Positions 14,669 through 25,100 of a DNA stretch of 64,000 nucleotides are shown here, one piece after another; the stretch's first letter is position 1; every line of letters begins with the position of its first letter. Below the pieces are notes generated by a model. The model ran no database searches and was not told where the DNA came from. It saw only the letters and a list, made by a program, of their open reading frames with translations. The position numbers and the translations under genes are program-made. This stretch comes from Macrostomum lignano. Lineage: Eukaryota. Location of the stretch: NCBI GenBank assembly GCA_002269645.1, contig NIVC01000100.1, forward strand, positions 124,001 through 188,000, given 5' to 3'.

Positions 14669-15889
14669 AAAATAGACAGATTTTTTAAGATTTCAAGGCT
14701 TGTGGGAGCATTGCTGAGATGTCAAGGGGGAGTTGATATGTTAAGGCTTGTGGGGGGGATTGCTGACATGTCAAGGCTTACAAGGGTACTGGTAGCGTAC
14801 TGAAGCATACTGGTAGAAGTAGCTCTGAAAGAAGGCAAGTATGGTTGAATTTCAATGTCTGTTATAAAATTCTGCACAAACATGTTTTATTGGTACATAA
14901 GCCTGGAATTAAAATGAGAATTCGATTCCTAGCCCCCCTCCCTAAGAATTTTTTTTCATTTAAAAGGATTCGTCCCTTGCTTATTGGCCACCCCGAAGGC
15001 CATTTTTTATCAAAAATGATAAAAATAATTTTTATCAAACACGTTGACATATACAGGGCTCTAAACTAAAAAACTGTAAAAAGTTGATAGTTTTGTTTTA
15101 CCTAAAATGCGTTATTAACGATCTCCAAAAATTCCTATTTTAAGCTTAAGCTTAAGAAAGACACTTAAAGTACTCCTGCTAAAAGGTATATTATATTAGA
15201 CGAATATTAATTATTTCTGCTCCCCGAAGGGGGGCAAAACTTTAGCTAGTCCATATACTAAAAATGAAAATCTTGCTTGCTTGCTTGTACGAAATCGATT
15301 TTCTCCTGAATGGCTGGACCGATTTTCTTCGAACTTGCACTGTTCGATCAGAAATTTTTCCGTGACGGTACATGCATCTTGGCTAAGAAATTGCTCAATG
15401 TTAAAGGGATTAAATATTCGAAAAACATGCTTTTTTGCAAAGGTCAAGCATTGAAATGCATTGTAAGAATGCTAGCAGAAAAACTGACTGGTTGAATTCT
15501 GATTCTAAAATAGATTGCATCACAATACACAAGACACTCAATTGAATTGCGTCACAGCGTTGAGTGTGAAAGCATAGCACAGTACTCAATTTATATTGCG
15601 TAACCATATTGTTAACTTTTATAGAGACTGGTACTGACTTGCCTAAGAAATTGATTATGTCATAACTCATAACTGCTTCGTGACTTTTTACTCTACCCGA
15701 CTTTGTGTGAGTGTTGAACTATTTAAGTGGTACAAATTCACTGATAACTTCGATGAGAGCTAGCCTAGAGCTGAACAGACCAGACTGCTAATGCAGCAAC
15801 CTGGGTTCGAATCTAAGTGTATGATTAGTAGATTAGTGTCTGAAAAGTAGTAGTGTAAAATTTTTTATTAAAAGCTAAATAAAAACACT

Positions 15890-17100
15890 TAGATTACTGC
15901 ACTCCATAAGCCAAGGATTATTGCTATTAATAAACCAAGGATTACTGCACTCAATAAGCCAAGGATTATTGCTATTAATAAACCAAGGATTATTGCACTC
16001 GATAAGCCAAGGATTATTGCTATTAATAAACCAAGGATTACTGCACTCAATAAGCCAAGGATTATTGCTATTAATAAACCAAGGATTAATGCACTTGATT
16101 AATCAAGGATTATTGCTATTAATAAACCAACGATTACTGCACTCGATAAACCAAGGACTATTGCTCTTGGCAAACCAAGGATTACTGCACTCAAGAAGTC
16201 AAGGATTATTGCTATTAATAAACCAAGGATTAATGCACTTTATTAATCAAGGATTATTGCTATTAATAAACCAAGGATTACTGCACTCGATAAGCCAAGG
16301 ATTATTGCTATTATTAAACCAAGGATTACTGCACTTGGCAAACCAAGGATTACTGCACTCGATAAGCCAAGGATTATTGCTATTAATAAACCAAGGATTA
16401 TTGCACTCGATAAGCCAAGGATTATTGCTATTAATAAACCAAGGATTACTGCACTCGATAAGCCAAGGATTATTGCTATTAATAAACCAAGGATTACTGC
16501 ACTCGATAAGCCAAGGATTATTGCTATTAGTAAACCAAGGATTACTGCACTCGATAAGCCAAGGACTATTGCTATTAATAAACCAAGGATTACTGCACTT
16601 GATTTATCAAGGATTATTGCTATTAATAAACCAAGGATTACTGCACTTGATTTATCAAGGATTATTGCTATTAATAAACCAAGGATTACTGCACTCGATA
16701 AGCCAAGGACTATTGCTATTAATAAACCAAGGATTAATGCACTCGATAAGCCAAGGACTATTGCTATTAATAAACCAAGGATTAATGCAACCCGAACCAA
16801 GGATTACTGCACTCGATAAGCCAAGGATTACTGCACTCGATAAGCCAAGGATTATTGCTATTAATAAACCAAGGATTACTGCACTCGATAAGCCATGGAT
16901 TATTGCTATTAATAAACCAAGGATTACTTACTGCACTTGGCAAACCAAGAATTACTGCACTCGATAAGCCATGGATTATTGCTATTAATAAACCAAGGAT
17001 TACTGCACTCGATAAGCCATGGATTATTGCTATTAATAAACCAAGGATTACTTACTGCACTTGGCAAACCAAGAATTACTGCACTCGATAGCCAAGGATT
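15890..17100. repeat. 48-bp satellite inside copy 2
   Basis: Same unit as 10240-12570, in a shorter array. Confidence 0.95.
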
Positions 17101-17567
17101 ACTGCGCTTGATAAGCTTGGCTACATGTATAGGATTATTTCTATCCAGGGATGCTTGCTATTTAGGGATTCTTGCTATGTGCAGGATGCTTGCTATCTGG
17201 AAGGATGCTTCTACATTATTTGGGGGATGCTTGCTATCTGGAAGGATGCTTCTACATTATTTGGGGTATGCTTGCTATCTGCAAGATGCTTGCTATCTGC
17301 AAGATGCTTGCTATCTGCAGATGCTTGCTATCTGCAGATGCTTGCTATCTAGGTAGATGCTTGCTAGGAGTATTAGGGAATGCTTGCTACTGGGGGGATG
17401 CTTGCTGTCTTGGGAATATTTTCTATTTAGGGGTAATGACTAAAATTTATGAGAGCTAGCCTAGAGGTAAACAGACTAAACTGCTAAATGCAGGGACGAT
17501 GGTTCGAATTTTTAGAGAGTAGAGTTTTTTTTAATTAAAGCTTTTTAACGCCAAGACAAAAAAAATT

Positions 17568-19345
17568 ATGGAAGCGTAATGTAAAAAATCATAGAATCGT
17601 TATGTAAAAAATCATAGAAGCGTCATGCAAGCAATCATAGAAGCGTAATGTAAACAATCATAGAAGCGTCATGTAAACAATCATAGAAGCGTCATGTAAA
17701 AAAATCATAGAAGCGTCATGTTAAAATCATAAAAGCGTCAAAAAAAATCATAGAAGCGTCACGCAAGCAATCATAGAAGCGTAATGTAAACAATCATAGA
17801 AGCGTCATGTTAAAATCATACAAGCGTCATGTAAACAATCATACAAGCGTCATGTAAACAATCATAGAAGCGTCATGTAAAAAAATCATAGAAGCGTCAT
17901 GTTAAAATCATAAAAGCGTCATAAAAAAATCATAGAAGCGTCATGTAAACAATCATACAAGGGTCATGTAAACAATCATAGAAGCGTCATGTAAAAATCA
18001 TAGAAGCGTCATGTAAAAATCATAGAAGCGTCATGTAAACAATCATAAAAGCGTCATGTAAACAATCATACAAGCGTCATGTAAAAAAATCATAGAAGCG
18101 TCATGTAAAAATCATAGAAGCGTCATGTAAAAATCATAGAAGCGTCATGTAAACAATCATACAAGCGTCATGTAAACAATCATAAAAGCGTCATAAAAAA
18201 TCATAGAAGCGTCATGTAAACAATCATAGAAGCGTCATGTAAACAATCATAGAAGCGTCATGCAAACAATCATAAAAGCGTCATAAAAAATCATAGAAGC
18301 GTCATGTAAACAATCATAGAAGCGTCATGTAAACAATCATACAAGCGTCATAAAAAATCATAGAAGCGTCATGTAAACAATCATAGAAGCGTCATGTAAA
18401 CAATCATAGAAGCGTCATGTAAAAAAATCATAGAAGCGTCATGTTAAAATCATAAAAGCGTCAAAAAAAATCATAGAAGCGTCACGCAAGCAATCATAGA
18501 AGCGTAATGTAAACAATCATAGAAGCGTCATGTTAAAATCATACAAGCGTCATGTAAACAATCATACAAGCGTCATGTAAACAATCATAGAAGCGTCATG
18601 TAAAAAAATCATAGAAGCGTCATGTTAAAATCATAAAAGCGTCATAAAAAAATCATAGAAGCGTCATGTAAACAATCATACAAGGGTCATGTAAACAATC
18701 ATAGAAGCGTCATGTAAAAATCATAGAAGCGTCATGTAAAAATCATAGAAGCGTCATGTAAACAATCATAAAAGCGTCATGTAAACAATCATACAAGCGT
18801 CATGTAAAAAAATCATAGAAGCGTCATGTAAAAATCATAGAAGCGTCATGTAAAAATCATAGAAGCGTCATGTAAACAATCATACAAGCGTCATGTAAAC
18901 AATCATAAAAGCGTCATAAAAAATCATAGAAGCGTCATGTAAACAATCATAGAAGCGTCATGTAAACAATCATAGAAGCGTCATGCAAACAATCATAAAA
19001 GCGTCATAAAAAATCATAGAAGCGTCATGTAAACAATCATAGAAGCGTCATGTAAACAATCATACAAGCGTCATAAAAAATCATAGAAGCGTCATGTAAA
19101 CAATCATAGAAGCGTCATGTAAAAATCATAGAAGCGTCATGAAAAAATCATAGAAGTGTCATGTAAAAATCATAGAAGCGTCATGTAAAAATCATAGAAG
19201 CGTCATGTAAAAAATCATAGAAGCGTCATGTAAACAATCATACAAGCGTCATGTAAACAATCATAGAAGCGTCATGTAAACAATCATAAAAGCGTCATGT
19301 AAACAAGCATAGAAGAGTCATGTTAACATAGAAGCGTCATGAAAA
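17568..19345. repeat. ~23-bp satellite inside copy 2
   Basis: Same unit as 12977-13690, in a longer array. Confidence 0.95.
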
Positions 19346-20311
19346 AATCATAGAAGCCTCATATAAAAACTAATGAAAGTGTCATTTAAAAAATTAAGAA
19401 GCATCATGGAAGAATAAAAGAATCGTCATGTAAAAATCAAAAGAAGCGTCATGTCAGACATGAAAGAAGTGTCATATAAAAATTAAATGAAGCTATGGTG
19501 CTGTGTTGGGGAGAATTACTGAGACGTCAAGGCTCACAGAGAATAACTGAGATTACAGGGGGGTTTCTGAGATGTTAAAGCAAAAGTCAGAAGCTACTTC
19601 AAAGTACATGTACTTTACTTAAGTTTTTTTATTGTATTCTTTGTTGGCTTGCCACGGTGGGGGGGGCGCTGATAGAAGAAGAGTCATGTAAAAATAAAAG
19701 GAGCACTATGTATACATAAAATAAAAGTCATGTCAAAGTTAAAAGATTCATTTGGGAATTGCTACGATGTCAAAGCTTGGAGGGAATCGGTATAGTGCTG
19801 TGATTCTTAAAGAAGAAATCATTTAAATGCCAAGGCTTAGGGAAGAAGAATTGCTGTGATTTCAAGGCTTTAGGTTGGGTGAAAGTTAGGTTTACGTCAG
19901 GTTTGGGTTGAGGGTTAGATTTTAGCGGGTTTCAAGGTTAACAGGGGATTTTTTAGATTTCAAGGTTTATGGGGGGCATCGCTGACATGTCAAGGCTTAC
20001 AAGGGGAATCTATCTATCTATCTATCTATAGCTGAGATGTCAAGGCTCACGGGGGAATAAATGAGATGTCAAGGCTAATGTCAGAAGCTACATGTAGTTT
20101 ATTGGAAAAAAGTTATTACATTATTTGTTGGCTCCTCACGGGAGGGATCGCTGATAGAAAAGGCGTAATGTAAAAAAATAAAAGAAGCTTCATGTCGAAG
20201 TTAAGAGATTCATTTGGGAATCCCTACGATGTCGAGGCTTGCAGGGAATCGCTATAATGCTGTAGTAGTGCTATAATGACTCTTAGAGAGAATTACTGAA
20301 ATTTCAATGCT

Positions 20312-20375
20312 TTAGGGTTAGGGTTAGGGTTAGGGTTAGGGTTAGGGTTAGGGTTAGGGTTAGGGTTAGGGTTAG
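20312..20375 (+). repeat. Interstitial telomeric repeat (TTAGGG)10 inside copy 2
   Basis: Ten perfect units plus TTAG. Confidence 0.92.
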
Positions 20376-21150
20376 AAAGTAGACAGATTTTTTAAGATTT
20401 CAAGGCTTATGGGAGCATCGCTGAGATGTCAAGGGGGAGTTGATATGTTAAGGCTTGTGGGGGGGGGGATTGCTGACATGTCAAGGCTTACAAGGGTACT
20501 GGTAGCGTACTGAAGCATACTGGTAGAAGTAGCTCTGAAAGAAGGCAAGTATGGTTGAATTTCAATGTCTGTTATAAAATTCTGCACAAGCATGTTTTAT
20601 TGGTACATAAGCCTGGAATTAAAATGAGAATTCGATTCCTAGCCCCCCTCCCTAAGAATTTTTTTTTCATTTTAAAGGATTCGTCCCTTGCTTATTGGCC
20701 ACCCCGAAGGGGGGCGCTAGATTGCTAGTAGACATCTATAGATTCAAGCTACTAGACATCTAAAGATTCAATCTACTAAACACCTATAGATTTAAGCTGC
20801 TCAATGTCTATAGATTCCATCAATCTTTTATAGTAGACATCTATAGATTCCAGCTACTAGTAACTCCTATATTGTTTTACAGGAAAAACGCATTGGCACT
20901 ACTTGTAGTGCGCATATGAATACAAAATTGTATCGGCTGCAGACTACCGGCTCACTGCTCTGTGCATGGTTGGTCACAGCCCAACGCAGCCAATCGGAAA
21001 CTTTAGCAGCCAAGACCCCCCCCCCCCCAACAAAAGACCCAAAGTATTCCCAAAACCCTGCACAAAAACCTGTCTGCAAATTCTCCAAAGCAACAGACTT
21101 CAGCAGTTTATCTGAATTCCAATAGAGAAAAGAAACAAAGAAGACTAATT

Positions 21151-21923
21151 ATGCTGTCAGGCAATTCAACAAACCTGCTCAAAACAGGAGAGGCTCAAAG
21201 ACACCGACTTGAAGAGTGGCTGACAATCCTGTTCTACTCAGCTGCCGTCCTGCTCAGCACTGTTGGCAATTTCACAGCCATTGCCGTTTTCAGCTTCGGT
21301 CGACAAAGTCGAACCGAGCTTCGAGGATTTTTAACCAGCCTAGCGGTTGCTGACCTGCTGATTGGCTGTTTCTGCCTGCCATTCACCCTGGTGAATGTGT
21401 ACAACAAGAGCTGGCCTCTGCCCGGCATCCTGTGCAAACTGGTTTGCTATTTCCAGTTGGTAGCCGTGACGTCATCGGTGTTCACTAACATGGTGATCGG
21501 CTTTGACCGGTTCTGGGTTGTGACTTATCCGCTGAATCATCGACTGAACTACAGCAGGTCCAGGATAGTGATCTGCTGTCTATGGCTCATCTCGCTCTTG
21601 CTCAGCTCTGTGCAGCTGCTCGTTAGCGGAAAGAAGCGCGTCAACGATACGGACCAGTGCAGGGAGCACTGGGATAGCGACAGGAACCAGCGGGTGTACT
21701 CTGTGTTCGTGCTGGTCCTCACCTACCTGCTGCCGCTGGGCGTTCTGTCGCTCACCTACGCTGCCATCGGCCGCCAGCTGTGGAACAGAACCATCCCCGG
21801 CAATGCCGACTTGGCCAGGGACTCGCAGCACATCAGGGCCAAGCGGAAGGTGAACTGTGGCTTTGATTGTCTGTCTGTCTGTCTGTCTGCCTGTCAGAGT
21901 GTCTGTCTGCCTGTCTGTCTGCC

Positions 21924-22008
<85 letters not shown>

Positions 22009-22019
22009 GCCTGCCTGCC

Positions 22020-22095
<76 letters not shown>

Positions 22096-22096
22096 A

Positions 22097-22132
<36 letters not shown>

Positions 22133-25100
22133 TCTATCAGTCAGTCTGTCTGTCTTAGTGCCTGTCTGTTTTTCTGTCTGTAGGGTCTTTATGGTTGTCT
22201 TCCTTTCTCTATCGAACAAAGAAATGAACCAATAATTTCTGCTTTAACTCTGACCTTGTATGAGATCGGGGCAGCAAAACAATAAATATTTAGTTAGCTG
22301 GTCTAGATTATAAGTCTAGGCTACATTAAAGTTCTGTATGACGATGCGTGGTTGGTGTGAAGTTGTTCGTACCGACAGTTTGGGCATAAACTTTCTCCCC
22401 AAATAAAATTCATGGGAAATCTGCCGCAATGGTGTAGCCGGACCCAGTGCCGAGTGCGCATATTAAACAGTATGTAAATATTTACTCTCAACTTTAACCA
22501 ACTGGCAAAACATTTCGATTATAACTAACACTTCTTAGTTAACCATGCTCTGCAATTGGAACTTTGGACTTTGGCATGCCATGTGTCTAACATATATCCC
22601 GCTTCTTAACAAGTTGTCTAACAGTTATCAACAGGTGTCTAACAGGTATCCACAGGTGTCTAACAGGTATAAATAGGTGTCTAACAGTTACAACAAGTAT
22701 CTGACAGGTATCAACAGGTGTCTATTAGGCATCAACAGGGGTGTCTAACAGGCATCAATAGGTGACTAACAGACATAAACAGGTGTCTAACAGGTATCCA
22801 CAGATATCTAACAGATATCAACAGTTGTCTAACAGGTATCAACAGATATTTACCAGGCATCAACAGGTGTCTAACAGGTATCAACAGTTGACTAACAGGT
22901 ATCTAACAGATATCAACAGTTGTCTAACAGGCATCCATAGGTGTCTAACAGGTATCAATAAGTGTCTAACAGGTGTCTAACAGGTATCAACATGTGTCTA
23001 ACAGGTATCCACAGGTGTCTAACAGGGTTCAACAGGTGTCTAACAGGCATCAACTGGTGTCTAACAAGTATCGAAGGTGTCTAATAGGTGTCTAAACAAG
23101 TATTAAAAGTTGCCTAAAAGGTATGAAAAGATGTCTAACAGGTGCCTAACAGGTTACAGTGTCACATGTTCACGGTAATTCTGGATTCGCTAATAGCCAA
23201 AGCCACTACCGCAACGTTCAATCAATATAAAGCCATTTTGAAGGCCGAACAGATCCGCGTACTCTACAGTTATCAATAATTATATTGTGGCTGGTCGCCT
23301 CAAAATGAAATTTTCGAGTTTAGAGATTCGATCTAGTTGGCTAATCCTGTTAGCGCTAATAGAGAATGTTGCAGCACTGCAGAGTATAGCAGTTCCTCTC
23401 TACTAATCCCAGCTCAAATATTAAGTTAGTGCTGGTCCGTCCTTCTATTGATTGCACCTTAATGAATAATTCATCAAGCATCTAGGTAAGTATGTGTTTA
23501 TATTGATATATGCTTGCTTAGGTGCCAAATAGCAAGAAATTATGTTCACAAAAATATAAACTCCAATAATGCTCCTTAATTGCACATTCACCTTTCACTA
23601 AGAGGGCAGTTAAAAGTGCATTTCCAACTTGACAGCTCTGCCATGACCCCATAGGGGCGGTGGGGAAGATTTCGGTGGGGAAGAAATAGCCAGGGGATTT
23701 CATTGACGCAAAGTTGCCGATTCTCTTTGATCGGATCGGCTGTGCAGAAAGTTTTGTGATTTTTAAAAAAAAGTCTTGGCAAATGCAGGTGTTAGAAAAA
23801 TAAGAAAAAATGGAGGCGAGACTTGGAGGACAGCAAAACTGTACTTTTGTACTCAATATTTTCAGCAAAAACTGCTGACGCCAACTATGTTTGGCAGCAA
23901 AAACGAGATGGCGCCAAAAACGTGTCAGCGCTAAAACCAGGATGGCGCCAGTAAAGGGATGGCGCCAAAATCTGGATGGCGCCAAAATCAGGATAGCGCG
24001 AAAATCGGGATGGCGTCAAAATCATAATGGCGCCAAAATCGAGATGGCGCCAAGAACGGGATGGCGCAAAAAAACGTGATAGCGCTAAAATCAGGATGGC
24101 GCTAAAATCAGGATGGCGCTAGAAATAGGATGGCACCAAAATCGAGATGGCGCCAAAAACGGAGGTGGCGCGAAAATCGGGATGGTGCCAAAATCGGGAT
24201 GGCGCCAAAATCGGGATGGCGCCAAAATCAAGATGGCGTCGAAATCAGGATGGCGCTAAAATTGGGATGGCGTCGAAATCAGGATGGCGCTAAAATGGGG
24301 ATGGCGTCGAAATCAGGATGGCGCTAAAATTGGGATGGCGTCGAAATCAGGATGGCGCTAAAATTGGGATGGCGTCGAAATCAGGATGGCGCTAAAATTG
24401 GGATGGCGTCGAAATCAGGATGGCGCTAAAATTGGGATGGCGTCGAAATCAGGATGGCGCTAAAATTGGGATGGCGTCGAAATCAGGATGGCGCTAAAAT
24501 CGGGATGGCGTCGAAATCAGGATGGCGCTAAAATTGGGATGGCGTCGAAATCAGGATGGCGCTAAAATGGGGATGGCGCCAAAAACGGAGGTGGCGCCAA
24601 AATCGGGATGGCGCCAAAAACGGGATGGCGCTAAAAACGGAGGTAGCGCTAAAATCAGGATGGCGCCAAAAACGGAGGTGGCGCTAAAATCAGGATGGCG
24701 CCAAAAACAGAGGTGGCGTAAAAAAGGGATAGCGCCAAAAACGGAGGTGGCGCCAAAATCGGGATGGCGCCAAAATCTAGATGGCGCCAACAAACGCAAG
24801 GCAGAGGACATTGTCGCCCCATCTTCGCTAATTAGCAAACTGCCTTTGTCTGATCGACAGAATCTGCTGGGTAATGTCCGGGATCGTAAAAACTCATCAC
24901 GCCCTCAAAATCCAAGTCTGAGCTCGTCGCCACCAAAATCAGCTTCTGGGAAAATCCTCAAGGCAGATAAGAGGATTAAGGATCTGATTTTCTTTAGTAG
25001 TCGGCCTCTAAATAAGCATGGCGGGCAACAAATTTGAGGCATAGCAAAATTGGGAGATAAACTACGAGCTGGAGAGATGGCGCTGAGCCTGGTGAGCCTC

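Larger units (their letters stand above)
9562..15249 (+). mobile_element. Non-autonomous Helitron-like (rolling-circle) element, copy 1
   Basis: It starts TCTAATATACTAAAAATG followed by a (CTTG)n microsatellite and a ...ACCGATTTT motif. It ends with hairpin GCTCCCCGAAGGGGGGC (15219-15235), a 10-nt spacer and CTAG (15246-15249). No Rep/helicase ORF is present. Confidence 0.75.
15250..20728 (+). mobile_element. Non-autonomous Helitron-like element, copy 2 (head-to-tail with copy 1)
   Basis: It starts TCCATATACTAAAAATG directly after the CTAG of copy 1. It ends with hairpin GCCACCCCGAAGGGGGGC (20698-20715), a 9-nt spacer and CTAG (20725-20728). The module order is the same as in copy 1. Confidence 0.78.

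Noticed and set aside
14635-20375. True chromosome end or telomere fusion
   Set aside because: The tracts are only 5-10 units, are in one orientation, and are embedded at the same position in two repeat copies.
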